Source: Trichoplax adhaerens (taxonomy: Eukaryota; Animalia; Placozoa). Taken from it: a stretch of DNA of 64,000 bases. The DNA is taken from NCBI RefSeq assembly GCF_000150275.1, contig NW_002060944.1:2270152-2334151 (forward strand). Reading direction: 5' to 3'. Positions 29,990 to 43,900 of the stretch are shown here, piece after piece. The translations under genes were made by a program, and so were the position numbers. The notes beneath the pieces are model-generated. The model was not told the DNA's origin. It worked only from the letters and a program-made list of their open reading frames with translations, and searched no databases. Every line of letters starts with the position of its first letter. Position 1 is the stretch's first letter.

Positions 29990-32899
29990 TTAATATTTAT
30001 ATCTGATGACGGCGGAGTAGTGAATTAAGGCACCACAAGCTACGAAGGTATGCCAAATTGCATGAGCAAAGGGTATCCGACCATCGCATTTAAAAAACAG
30101 AATTCCCATTACATAAATACCTCCACCAGCAGTAAGTTCCCAAGCGCCTGAATTCTAATTTGGAACAAACAGGTATCGTAAATATAGAAATTCACATAGG
30201 AGTAACTAACCGAAATTACATACTGAGAATTACTATATGACTTGTAGTAACGATGATACGGTAATCATATCGAGTTAGAATTTATGATTTTTAATTCAAA
30301 TCGGTAATAAATCTTACTTGATTTGCATACAAAATAGGAATGGAAGGGACAACTCCAAGAATTACGTACAGTAATGTCTCAAGCAGCTTGTATCTGTGAA
30401 GTTTAAATATCAAAATAAGGCAGGAAGTTACAAAGTTTATAACACTGCTACAAAGATTCATGGCAGCACTATTTGCTTAAACTATACATCATTTATTGCT
30501 GGTTCGCTTCAATCAGCAGGATGTAGACATAGAATTAATATACAGAATTACAGTGCACTATGATACGATTTTATGGATTATACCTATCTAAAAATAAGTA
30601 CGTAAACGTAATTCCAAGCATGGCCATAAGCCAAATGCAAACCAACCACTTCATCACATATGTATTACTCAAGGTTTCAGTTAATACAAACCTAAACGAG
30701 TGATTAAAAATCTCACCATAACCTAGATTTACTGACAGAATTATGGAAGCTGGCCTTAGAAATCGCATATCAATCATCTTACCAGGGCATGAAGCATGAT
30801 GCTATAAAAGTAAATATCGTCGATCGGTCCCAGAAATGCAAGAACCGCGATATCATGCTAAAATAAATATGCATAATCTATTAGTCGGATAAATTTCGTT
30901 CAAATGATATAACCTAATAAAAACATAGTAAGAGTAAATGCAATAAATTCGTTTAGTTAGAATAGGCTACCTATTGTTCCCAAAGATTAACGAGGAGATA
31001 TGAAAGCTAGTCGAAGTAGAAAAAAGTAAGATAAGGGCCATTCCATACCACCATGCAATCCAATATTGGTTCTGAGTAGTACTTAATGTTAGCATTTTTA
31101 AGAGGGCATAAATAGCTGGTATTATCCACACCTGAAAATATTTCGAAGTCATAACATTTTTTAAGTTAAAAAATACTATACAATCACTAAGGTAATATTT
31201 GCGTTATTTTAGCGAAGCAAGCGTTCAGGGCTTAGACATATATATGTATTCCCAATTTTGCAAGCCTATTAGTAAATGGAGAAAATGAAATTTCCGCAGT
31301 AGAGCAGTTCTAGTAGTAAAGGCAATAGTATTAAAATCAACTGTAGCACTATGTGTACAATCGTATATTTTACAATTAATTTCCAGAACGTCTTGAATCA
31401 AAGCAAATAACTCCGAAACGAAAGATATTTTGAGGATAGCTATTGTGCGTGTATTTCCTAGAGATGAGATATAGGTACTACGAATTTAATTTTGATAATG
31501 ACACCTGATGCAGGAACCATAGGCACTCCGACTATAGCTGTTAGAACTCATTAATTTACTTGGACAGTAACTCAAATACCAGGCTATCGTTCGGGATAAA
31601 GGTTTTGTTTTATTCAATTTAACAAGTACAGTACAGTAACGATATTTAGTAGGACGATGATCAGATGTTAGTAATATTGTTTATTAACGCAGCGCCTGAT
31701 GAGTGATGACTACTGCTAAGAATTATAACGAACTGAATAACGATTGAGTAACAACTCAACAGTAGATTAAAAGAGTTTAACTGAACAGTCCAAAGGTCTG
31801 CAACATCTGATGAACTATGTCCCATTCCCGTTCCATCACATCGTATTATTTTCACTTCACTTCCCGTCCCATTTAAACGGTCTAGATAAGATGCGCAGTG
31901 TACGAGCATAGTTTACAGTCAATTTACAATTTGTACACTATTGTGCAGTACGGTAATTTCACTAATTTTCATTAGGATGTCGAGAGGGGATTCACTAACT
32001 ATGGCAGTATGATAATCTATTATGAATCTGGAATAGTAATTATATGTTATATAACTTTAACAGCAGGTCTAACATATCCCAAATAACTAATTACTGTATG
32101 CCTTTAAAAGTCATAATCTGCAAGAGGTTCATATGGCCGACTTTTTTCCAAATGCAGGATGCGTAAAGTAGGTACACTACCAGAGTTTCGCAATACTGTA
32201 CTGTATGTCATGATCACATTTCATGACAATACTCGTAATATTTTATCACCCTCGGGTATTACAGCATTAGCTTTAACTTAAACTCACACAAAAATCCCGT
32301 TTTAAGAACAAGAGGCCTATTATAATTATCGTCTGGTTTAATAGGATCAGTATCGCATTAAATAAAATTATTATTTTCACGACACTATAATGTGATTCTA
32401 GCAAAATGCTCATACAGTAGTAATCTAAATTACAGATTCCGAACGCTGACTTACCCCATGCGTTAGAATGTTTGCTGTCTGTTCGATAGTTGTTGCTTGG
32501 TAGTGACACTGGCATCCAGTAACAGGAGCATTCATGAAACGTAACCTACAATAAGTTTCCATTATAATTATTATTAATTGATATAGTACAAGAATATCAT
32601 TTTAAATAGCGGTGCCATCAGTGGCTCTTACTGTACCGTTATACGAATATAGTGTACCGCAGGCAGCACGTCCGATTCTTTAATTTATACCACTATTTAT
32701 AATTTAATTTACGTAAACTATTACTGTAACTTCCTCTCGATTTACAGCATAACTTTTACAGCTAATCGAGTCAATATACAGTACTTACGCATATTACGGT
32801 ATATAATAATAATTTAATTTAATTTTTAATTTATCATTATAGCGACATCGACAAGTTGCTGTGGTCCAGTTACCTTTTAACAGTTACAGTCGGTCCCAT
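29990..32899 (-). CDS. MMD: Monocyte-to-macrophage differentiation factor (PAQR10/11, HlyIII family; 7 exons)
   Basis: Minus-strand exons read RFMNAP...[43 protein letters not shown] and [27 protein letters not shown]. The first 26-nt exon (32874-32899) is inferred from intron phase. Confidence 0.9.
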
Positions 32900-32932
32900 C
32901 TTACATGTACAATACAATTGTACATACACTAT

Positions 32933-33300
32933 TTACAGTACAGTACATCTACTGTACATACACACATACAGCAGACAAGTAGGTGCTGAAATATGGATCC
33001 AATTTTTACTATAAAGAATATAATACAACTATAAATATTATTATTACTATAATTCTTAAAATGTACTTGACTTTTTACGGTATATTCAAATTTGAATTAC
33101 AGTATAGCTAATTCGCTATCATCAATGATGGATGTTAATGAAGATATTCAGCCGTAACTGTACAGTACTGTACAAGTTACATAGAATTAAGAGGTTTTCT
33201 TACCCCTACAGTACTGTACTGTATGTTACAGTACGACAGTCAACTCATCACTGTACAGTATAGCGTACAGTACTGTACAGTACTGTAATTATACTGTACA
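32933..33300. repeat. Pentamer array in the MMD/BABAM1 divergent promoter
   Basis: tacagtacagtac; ctgtacagtactgtaca; gtacagtactgtacagtactgta. Confidence 0.85.
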
Positions 33301-33415
33301 AAGGACTGATTTGGTTTTTGCAAATCAGTGAGTCTGCGCTGGATACGTTTACTATATGTATGAGACTTTAACGCAGAAGCGTGAAAGATCGAGAAGATGC
33401 AGTAAAAGAAGGACC

Positions 33416-35605
33416 ATGGCGGCCGATTATAAAGAGCAGACAGAGAATCCACAAGATACGAAAAAGAGAATTACATGCATGAATCAGTGGCCCGAGAATT
33501 GTCCGGAAAAAATTGTTAATACGTATAAGCTGTCTTCTGCTGTAGATAATTTAAATTACGTCTGGTTCAGCATACTGTAGTACTATGTCAAAGTACAGTA
33601 CATACTGTGCAGTACTTGACATTACTAACTAATGTACAGTACTATACTCTGTATTGAAGGAAGTATACACTACAGTAAATTATATAATGCGGTAATACTT
33701 CGTATTAGTTAAATTCGTTTTATTAATAATAATAATATAATCTGTGTAGGTTCTTTGTATGGATTTGTCCAACGAAATGAATACAACCTTTTTTAAATCT
33801 AAAGGGCAAGTACTATCGCAAGTACTGTACTTTCAGTCATCATGTTTCTATTGATGAAGTAATCCTTATTTTGATGCCTACTTAATGTCCCAGGGTCAAA
33901 TCTACTGTACTGTACGGTAGTATGCAGATCTCTGCGTATTATACCCAGTTCTCCATACAATCCTATTGTTGATACTGTAGAGTTGAATGTAGCGAATTAA
34001 TAACATTTTCTTTATTAATCTCTTAAACCGAGCGTCCACAAAATTATAGTTAAGTAATGATTCTAGCTTTCCTTTAAGCACGGTACAGGCACATTTAACG
34101 TAACGTATGTGATTTTAGCTCCAGTATGACCGCACTACAACTGGCTAAGAAGATGATAGATATTTTTGTTAATTCAAAACATATCATGAATCCATTGCAT
34201 CGTTTTGCTGTTATTGCGATGTACGATCAAGCGAATTGGGTTAGCATTTGCATAGCTAAATGAATTTAGTTACATTTATTTACTTATAAATAGCTATTTA
34301 TACGTATCTAATATGATACTGGAGTTATCTGTAATAAAAATACGGTAGTCATTTAGATAATTAATTATACTAATGTAAGTAGCGAAACTGCGCTAATAAT
34401 ATATGTACAGTAATATACGTATGTAGCATTTTCGGTGTATTCGCTATAATCTATATTTATTATCTGAAATGTAACTGTGATTACTTATTTGAAAGATGTG
34501 CGATTTCACGTCCAATCCAGAAACTATCAACTCCGTTCTCCATCATACCAAACCAGATGATGTGCATGAATTTGGTAAATAAATATAAGCCTGTACTTTA
34601 AGCACACAATCATATAGGATACCGTACGTTACTATAACGAATCTTGGTCTACAAGCTAAATTAAAGATCGCTAACTGCGGTATTATAGCTGTGCTATAGT
34701 CGCTATAAGCGTTTACATTGTATACTAGATTATCACTTTTCAGCTAAATCATTATTATGAGATTCCATTTCTATTTTAAATATTTATGATCATTCAAGAT
34801 ATGACTAGCCTTTTTCAAATCTTGTAAGTTCCTTATTTTCTATCGATGACTTTCTATATTGCAAACATTAATCATAGGTGCTATACAATTTGTGATAGGA
34901 TAAATAATTATGTAATCGATGTATTTTCTGTATTTCTGCTACATTATTATTAATAACATGCTTTAAGAGACGAAAACCTCAATATTGAAGGCGAAAATGC
35001 AGCTCCATTTTACGTAGTAAGAATCATCTTAATTTATGGTCGCTCAATATGCAAGCCCCACCTTAGTAATCAAGAAGTAAGATAGTATGCAAGATTAGTA
35101 ATAATTATTTGATATAGCATAGCTTAAAAAATACAGCGCTACTCATTCTTTCAAATTTCAGTTACTGACTTATTACGTTAGAGTCTACTTAGTAAGCTGC
35201 GCACTGTTACACATCTCTAAATGTTTAGCAAGAGCAATCGGTAATCGTTAAGTTATCCCATCTTGAAGGTATTTCAAAAGTTACTTCGAAACCATCGCTT
35301 CTTTCTGGATTTTTTATATATTCATGATATCCCAACAGAAGAAAACAATTGCCAGGTCAGATTATATAGTTATTAAGTATACGCTCTTTAATTATATTAC
35401 TTAACTACTAACATAAGGTTTTAAATTCTAATAGCTAATTTATGAAACATTGTGCAATCTGGTCAAGTCAAATTCTTACCTACTCGATGTAACCAAAAAC
35501 ACTGTGTTTCTTTTTGATAATATGGCAAAGCTGTTAGCTCACCCAATGCAGCGTTGTCTACAGGACGAGACGAATTATAACTTGCATAGAAATCTATCAA
35601 TGTAA
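33416..35605 (+). CDS. BABAM1: BRISC and BRCA1-A complex member 1 (MERIT40/NBA1), vWA-like
   Basis: NCPEKI|VLCMDLSNEM, AKKMIDIFVNSKH, FYVVRIILIYGRS, FFLDFLYIH, MAKLLAHPMQR. Stop at 35603-35605. Confidence 0.88.
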
Positions 35606-36961
35606 TAAATAATCAAGTATAGCTACCTATTCCTGGATTCTTTCGGCGTTGATAATTTTACGAAATAATCTTTTCATGCCCTACATGCCTAAGCTGATGT
35701 AAAAGCTGACTATTGAAGCGATCAACTGTTGAAATTATCATTGTATTAGAAATATTGTCGAGTGTCGATACCGTATTCTATGAATCTTTGGTATAATCGT
35801 TTATCGTTAAAGTCGATAAGGTCTGAATGATTATTCGCACACCGATTAGGAAATAATGAGCACAACTGATAATAATAATACCAATAACGTAATTAAATTT
35901 TCGAAAATAAAATGATTAGAACTATGAAATAATGCTATGGTTGTAACCAATAAATTACTTAATACGCCTAAATTGTAAACTATCAAGTTTTAAACACGAA
36001 AAATGGTTATGGCTTTATCAGCTGTGCACTTCGATGATTTATATATCAATGTAGTTGCGACTAACGAGATTGTTGCAATACATACGTACTAAAACATAAT
36101 ATACGCGCATTCAATTTTCGAAAAGCTATGTCTGTTATGCTTACAAATATGTTAATTTAGCGCAAAGTACTGAATTTAGGATGATACTACTGCACTGTAC
36201 ATTGGATTCTAAGGTTTATACGCGTGTTATTGTCTGCAAGTAAAGTACTATAAATTTACTATACGCACTGTATACCATGAATACGCCTGTGAACTGAATT
36301 GTGGCCACGGCGTCATGCGAATTATCAAATATACTGTAATGAGATCTCTGAATCGCCTTTAATAAAGGACATTTGCATGCAGATCCTAATATTCAAGGTG
36401 TATCTCATTTCTGAATTAATTGCTTTTGTATACCGGTCATTATACAGTACTGTACTATACGCGTATAGAGAGGATCGCATTTCCAAAATAACGACAATCG
36501 TCGTACACAATATCTCACTTCCCAAAATTGATAGCCAAATTCACATCGCTACTTTATTTTTCATCTAAATCATATAAACAAACATTACTTGTAGAACGGA
36601 ATTTACATTATACCGTATCGACGCTTATATACTCTATGTTACTTATTACGGTAGTAAAAACTTTATTTCGAATTCAATAAGGGAATTTGATATGATTAAG
36701 TATTAGATACTGTATGAATAAGCCAAAGCGTACAATATATATTGAATGCCAAAAGCTGTTATTTGAGTCGATGAGTTTAACAACTTGAAAAACTGAGATT
36801 GAATATTTAAATGAATGTTTTTTCAAAGTATTATGCATACCATCACAACAATAAAAATGATCAGTGAAATAGCCATGATTTTCACATTTGTTGGAATGGC
36901 TTGCTTTTGAATAATTCCGAACAGTTCTTAATAGATGAAAATGAGATTATTATAAATACTC

Positions 36962-39606
36962 TTATAATTCATCTTTATCGCTGCTGCCGTCAGCACTTTC
37001 ACCATCACCAGCAGCATCAGCGTTTTGGCCTTGTGGTGGTGGTGGAGAATCTTTATATAGCTTTGTTGTAATTGGTTGGACAACGTCATCTAATTCCTTC
37101 TTTTTTGCTTTTAATTCTTCGGTTTCAGCATTTGGATTTGATTCTAACCATTGAATTTTATCCTCAACAGCAGCTGCGATGGTTTTCTTATCCTCATCGG
37201 ACAGCTTTCCTCCTAGCTTTTCTTTGTCGCTAATTTGATTTTTAAGCGAGTAGGCGAAGCTTTCAAGTTCATTTCTTGCTTCCACCTTTTCTTTGAGGAC
37301 TTTATCATCATCAGCAAACTTTTCAGCATCATTAATCATACGATCAATTTCATCTGGTGATAATCTGTTCTGATCGTTGGTTATAGTGATTTTTTCCTTC
37401 TTACCAGTACCTTTATCTTCAGCTGAAACTCTTAAGATGCCGTTCACATCGATTTCAAACGTAACTTCAACTTGTGGAACTCCACGTGGTGCTGGTGGAA
37501 TACCGGTAAGATCAAAATTTGCGAGTAAATGATTGTCTTTCGTCATAGCACGTTCACCCTCGTATACTTTAATGGTAACTACTTGTTGGTTATCGCTAAC
37601 GGTAGAAAAAATCTGCGATTTTTTAGTGGGTATAACAGAGTTGCGAGTTATCAACTTCGTCATTACTCCACCAACAGTTTCGATTCCAAGGGTTAAGGGA
37701 TTAACGTCAAGGAGCACAACTTCACCGGTGTTCTCCTCTCCACTTAAAACACCTCCTTGAACAGCCGCACCATAGGCAACAGCTTCATCAGGGTTGATAC
37801 CGCGACTTGGTTCTTTACCGTTGAAAAAATCTTTAACCAATTGTTGAACTTTAGGAATACGAGTGGAACCACCAACCAAAACGATTTCTTGAATTTCGCC
37901 TTTCTTTAATTCAGCATCTTCCAAGACTTTCTGTACCGGCTTTAGAGTCGAACGGAAAAGATCCATGTTCAGTTCTTCAAATCTAGCACGAGTTAAACTT
38001 TCGGAAAAGTCCTCCCCGTCCAACAATGATTCTATTTCGACTCTTGTTTGATGTTGAGAGCTAAGAGCACGCTTAGCTTTTTCAACTTCTCGGCGTAATT
38101 TCTGCACAGCGCGATTGTCTTTCTTTATATCTTTACCTTTCTTCTTTTTGTACAATTTGATGAAATATTCCATTACGCGTTGATCAAAGTCTTCACCTCC
38201 CAAATGAGTGTCACCATTTGTGGCAACTACCTCGAAAACACCATTGTCAATAGTCAATAATGATACATCAAACGTTCCCCCACCTAAATCGAAAACCAAT
38301 ATATTCTTTTCTCCCTCTTTTTTATCTAGACCGTATGCTATAGCCGCTGCGGTAGGCTCGTTGATGATTCTCATTACAGTCATACCAGTAATAGTACCGG
38401 CATCCTTGGTAGCTTGGCGCTGGGCATCGTTGAAGTAAGCAGGTACAGTAACTACGCTGTGAGTAACCTTCTTGCCCAAATAGGCTTCTGCAGTTTCCTG
38501 TGCGTTAAAAAGTCGATGAATGCACAATAATGAGTATGCTGTGGATAAATTTTTTCCAAGTCACTAAATAGCTTACTACGCAATTATGTAACGAGACTGA
38601 GCGTAATACATACAGTAGATGGCTATCAATTTACCTTCATCTTTGACAACACCATAGCGCTAATCTCTTCAGGAGCAAAAACTTTCTTATTACCTTTAAC
38701 GTCAACTTCAATGTGTGGTTTACCATTCTTACTAATCACAGCGAAGGGAAAGTACTTAATATCTTTCTGCACTGTCTTATCATTCCAATTCCGCCCAATT
38801 AATCGTTTTACGTCAAAAACAGTGTTTTCTGGATTGGATGTTAACTGATTTTTCGCAGCATCGCCAATTAAGCGTTCACCATCAGCGGTGAAAGCTACAT
38901 ATGAAGGTGTTATACGATTTCCTTGGTCATTAGCTATAATTTCTACACGGCCATTCTTAAATACTCCTACACTATATAATAAAAAACCAATTTAACCATC
39001 TTTAATTTAATTTAATAAGCAGTAAAATCGCTAATCAAGTCAAACTTAAGTTTCGTACAGCCTGTACAGAGTACAGAATATATCTACCCGGTAAGCCTGA
39101 TTAACGAAATATTACTGTATATACGCGTATACATGCAGTAATAATATATGCTGCATAAATACTAACATACTCATAAAAATCTGACTATTTTGCAAGAAAA
39201 GCGTCAATTTGCTACAATCTACAGATTAAATCAAAAACAATTACTCGTATATACAGTATATACTGTAAGGTATAGTGGGTATGACTAAATTTGTACTGTT
39301 ACTACCGTTGCTCATCCTACGATAGGAAGCAATATTTAACTGCTAACAGAAGGAGCATTCTATACAGAATCTATTAAATTACAATAATGTTATCAAAGAT
39401 TACTTTTGCCAGGCGATATTCGGATAAAATTAATTCTTTCATGTACGCACATAACAATTAGCTTGTTTTGAACCTTACCAGCTGTATGTTGTTCCTAAAT
39501 CGATACCAATAACGGTGCCAAAATTTTCTTTTTCTTCAGCTTTGCCTAGGACCAAGCCATTGAGCACGCATACAAACAGAAGAACCTGAACAAATTTATA
39601 CGACAT
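36962..39606 (-). CDS. HSPA5: ER Hsp70 chaperone BiP/GRP78 (exons 39479-39606, 38635-38971, 36962-38497)
   Basis: Signal peptide, [52 protein letters not shown] and a C-terminal KDEL. Confidence 0.97.
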
Positions 39607-39802
39607 TTTTCAAATCGAAAATCTTCAACAAAGACTATATAGGCTCGATGAAGTATATTACTGTTGAATTCTACTAAATGATCACAGAAATGGTCACTTT
39701 ACTGATACACGTGGATTGAAACTTTACTACAACTCACTGATAAGGTCAAAATTTACGATTGCAACGTGAATGTAGCCGAGCTTAAATAGCTGTACGAAAC
39801 AT

Positions 39803-39821
39803 CGTGGCCAATTCTGATTGG
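39803..39821 (-). promoter_or_regulatory. ER stress response element (ERSE), perfect CCAAT-N9-CCACG
   Basis: The minus strand reads CCAAT cagaattgg CCACG about 200 bp upstream of the BiP ATG, just upstream of a TATA-like TATTTAA (39782-39788). Confidence 0.85.
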
Positions 39822-39837
39822 TGTAAATTGTGCATGG

Positions 39838-39856
39838 TGTGGCGTAGGGTGATTGG
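39838..39856 (-). promoter_or_regulatory. Second ERSE, CCAAT-N9-CCACA
   Basis: The minus strand reads CCAAT caccctacg CCACA, in the same orientation as the first element. Confidence 0.75.
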
Positions 39857-39904
39857 CCATCCATGTCATCACGTGACTAGTATCATTTCAATGTTATAAG
39901 AGGT

Positions 39905-40310
39905 GCAGTATTACTGTACTGTACAGTGTACAGTACAGTACAGCGTCTTTAATTGCGTTTTCTGTACTGTACAGTACTTTTACTAAAATATCTGATACGA
40001 AAATAATGTTGCTATACTGTACAGTACACTACTGTACACTGCACTGGATTACAGGCTAAGTTACAGCCATACAGTACTGTACTGTACTTTATAAATGAAT
40101 GACGCAAGTTTCCGTTCCGTTCAGAGATTCTATAACTGTACTGTACCGTACTAGATTTTTCTACTGTAGAAGTCCCAGTAGTAAGTACAGTGTACAGTAG
40201 AAAGTCCCTGTAATACTAAGTAACGTAGCGCGTGAATTCGGACAGCTCTGTTCTAGTTCACGTAAAGTACAGTACTGCTACGTACAGTATGTACTGTACA
40301 GTACAGTAAG
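39905..40310. repeat. Pentamer array upstream of HSPA5
   Basis: tactgtactgtacagtgtacagtacagtacag; tacagtactgtactgtac. Confidence 0.88.
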
Positions 40311-40649
40311 TCCAGTAAAATGTTAGTCTAAACGAGTCACAAATTATATACCGGTAGTATTTCAATTCAAGAACAAAAGAACTGTTAAATGGTGTACTTT
40401 TTATTCAAGTCAAATTATACAGCATATGCTGTAATTAACCATGAGCTAAGATTAACTAAATTCATGATTAATATACTATACAACAGAGAGGCTTAGATTT
40501 TAATCATGACATGAGATGGGAATTACTTTACTTAAATTCTTATATCACTACAATATTACGACAGCTAGCTCATATTTGAATTAAACAATTCTGAAACAGT
40601 TCGTGAGTTAGTTGACGATATTAGCTTTATATAAATCGATAGTACACCG

Positions 40650-40754
40650 CAGCGTTCCGCAAATAGGAAAATTCTGATGCTTGACCCAACCTGAACTCGA
40701 CCGACTTGAAACTCAGCCAACCCTAACTTTTATATTGGCCATTGCGGAGCGCTG
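40650..40754. other. 105-bp element bounded by 13-bp inverted repeats (MITE-like or structured ncRNA)
   Basis: CAGCGTTCCGCAA (40650-40662) and TTGCGGAGCGCTG (40742-40754) form an inverted pair with 1 mismatch. Confidence 0.4.
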
Positions 40755-40921
40755 GTACATCGTACAATGACTATTAAATCGGAATAATTGTAGTCTATAC
40801 TACAGCGACTGTTTACTGTACTGTACAGTAATTGCGTGTTAGTAAAGTACAGTATGTACAAAAATGTGATAATACTTGTACACGAATTATTAATAATAAA
40901 TTTGAATGAAATTAAATGAAT

Positions 40922-43900
40922 CTAAGTAATTTTTGGCTCATGAAATATGACATTACCATCCAGACCTCCACTTGCGATTAGCATATGAGCTGGCGACCAT
41001 CTGTGAAGGTAAAAATAATGTTCAGTTACTGTATGATATACTAATAGCAATGATTAATTTGCAAGAAAGGCACCAAATTTAGTCCCAACTATAAAATGGA
41101 CCTAGAAGTCAAGCATGCCTCCATATGTCCGTGTAACAGCTGAAGGGTATTAAGTTCAGTAGGATAGTGAGATTTCTGCAATAAATATAAACAAATAAAT
41201 ATTCTTGCCATAAGCAAATTTCAATCTTATACTTACACGTTTTAAAGGCTCCGAAAATTCATAAGGGCAACAATTATGATCATAACTTAGAAGTCGCACC
41301 CTGACAATGTAAAACCATAGACCTCTTCAGCATTTAGTGTCAATTTGTGCATGCATTCAACATTGATATGATCCTTACCCGAATCCATAAGGCGAGCAGA
41401 TTACTTGTCCATCAGCTCCAAAACTAATTTCTTTAATGTAATCTACACTTGGCCGAAAATTTGCTTCTACTTTATAATGTGTTAATTGACTTTCATGATG
41501 AGCACTTTATTCATGAATAAAATATAATTCTAAATTATGAAACAACAGGGATAAATTACTGCAGTAATTTAATAAGATTTACCGATCAAATGAGGAAAAA
41601 TTCAATCCATGTACACTTAGTAGCTAGTAAATGTAAACAGCATAGGTAATAAGTAACATTTATTAAGTAATCTTCCGTATGATAAGGTCACACGAGATGA
41701 TACCTCAAGAACAGACAAATAGTTATCATCTGCTAAGGTAAAACGTGTTATTAGGTTCATTGATTGCGGGTGAAAATCCATAGAATATAATCCGTTTCGG
41801 TGACATCTCTCTGACTGATAAAAATGGACAAAATACTCGTAAACCGTCGCAAGTTGCAATTCCCAATGATTAAAAATAATAACGTACAACATCAAATAAT
41901 TCATCGGGGAATGTTCTAATAATTTCAAATGAATTTTTAATTTCATTCTCTTTTACTGACGTTGGATTACTGAAAAAGGAAATATTTATTTAAATATTGA
42001 ATCAAAATGATAAATAATAATGATAATTATCCAATTTTTGCTAGAATATGTACTTGAGTATTTCAGAAGAAATAACTGTAGGAATTAGCTTGCCTTGAGA
42101 ATACGTAGGTCGAAGGTTGTCCTGATTAAAATTTAATATTAAGCTAATATTGCATTACTTGCTATCAAATATTAAAGTTATAAAATCCGTTTTGTTTAAA
42201 ATTAGTTACCTTTAAGCTATTAATGTTCAAATTTCTTACAATAAGTAGATTTCCATCTACGGTGGCGATAGCCTATTAATAAAGGGCCAAACTTTACACA
42301 ATTTCGAAGTAGAAACAATTATAATTATTAACTGCTACTGATTCTAAAATATGTTAGTTCTGAAAATTCAATGTACCAGTTTTTTTTCATCTGGTGATAA
42401 TTTCAGTCTAGATATACCAGTAGCTAAGTATACCTTAGTTGTGTTAAACAGAAAATAAACGACTACAGTACCAATGCTAAGAGATCAATTTGACAGTGAA
42501 ATTTAGCTAAGAGGGCATTTGCAAGTAAAGACAGTTTATGTCAAAAGACATCATTAAAAAAGAATTAAAACAAATCTCATAATTTATGTTCAATTTCTAT
42601 AGGCACTAAAATCTGTAAAGTATGTGATCGATCAGTACAACAAAGTTGCTATAAATTTTTTTAATTTACCTCACAATCGGTTACTTCATTATTCGCTTGG
42701 GATCGAAGCGAATTCATGTCCCAGGCTCTATACATCAATTTTAAGATTCTAAGTCAATAAATGCTAAAGCTTTGCAAAAATGCCAATTTATATCCAAATT
42801 TTATTATTATACAGAACACTGAATTGATATTAGTCATGAAATAGAAACGATATATCTAGCTCAACATAATGCTGTACAGGGTTAGAGTTTTGGCCATTAT
42901 TTATGTTAATTATTACTGCATAATTATAATTTTATCTTACTGGGCATAATTCCATATCTCAACATTTATAAACTGCATCGATCTAGGAATCTTTAAATTA
43001 ATATCGAAATGCTTATTTCTATTTAATCGGTAATAGCCTACTGTCAGACTAGTCCTTCTCGATATTTATCTACTGTACCATTTAAAGACACTGAAAAACG
43101 TTTTCTAGGCTACACTATGAATTCAAATTTTATTGAAAAAGCAGTTTACTTATAGTACAATAACATAAACCTTACTTAATTATCGGACTTTAGATAATAT
43201 TATAGAGGTATGTAATTACAGTATCTATACAAAGATATAAAACATCCTAAGTAACCGCATTATCAATGAATACCAACTTATGTATCTGTCGAAAATGGGA
43301 TAAATATCTGTCTACGAAAAGTTATTTCGTAGCATTCATACATAAAATAAAGTGTTACATAATCTTTTGTACCTTATAGTATCATCGAAGCCTGAAGTTA
43401 TCAGCACCTTACTTGCAGCACAATATTCAATACTCTTTACCCAGTTCCTTTAGTATAAAGATGCGTAGTATAATTTTAAAGACATATTGAAAGAATTCTT
43501 AAATCTTTAGAACTCGTAACACTTTCAACCAAGTCATTCAAACACCTTATAGTTTTATAGCTAACCGAATACCTGTGACCCTTGAGGGTAGTTAACTTTG
43601 CTTTCGTGTTACGAAAGTCCCAAACGGCAATGGTATAGTCATCTGCTTGTATAAAATGGAAATATATGGTATAGCCTTAGGATTTATACTGGTTAAATCA
43701 GACTAAAACTAATTTCTATCAGAAAGTCCGAATTTTAGTAATTATCCATTCAATAAAATCCAGGGAAAGCAAGATAGTAATACCTGAACAAGATATAAAT
43801 AATCTGTTATCTAGGAATCTGTTAATATTGAGTTATTCAATTAGTACAAAAGCATTCTACATGTTCCAAAATATGCGCACCAAACAGTCTACTAAGGTTA

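Noticed and set aside
37533-38438. Plus-strand ORFs opposite HSPA5 (and antisense ORFs over laminin and DHX9)
   Set aside because: Shadow ORFs of real coding exons.
40717-40727. CCAACCCTAAC as a telomerase RNA template
   Set aside because: Only ~14 nt separate it from the closing stem, leaving no room for a pseudoknot. No CR4/5 or H/ACA domain was recognised.
42088-42093. GC donor (AG|GCAAGC) in DCAF10
   Set aside because: Wrong phase for the next exon. An in-phase GT donor exists further on.
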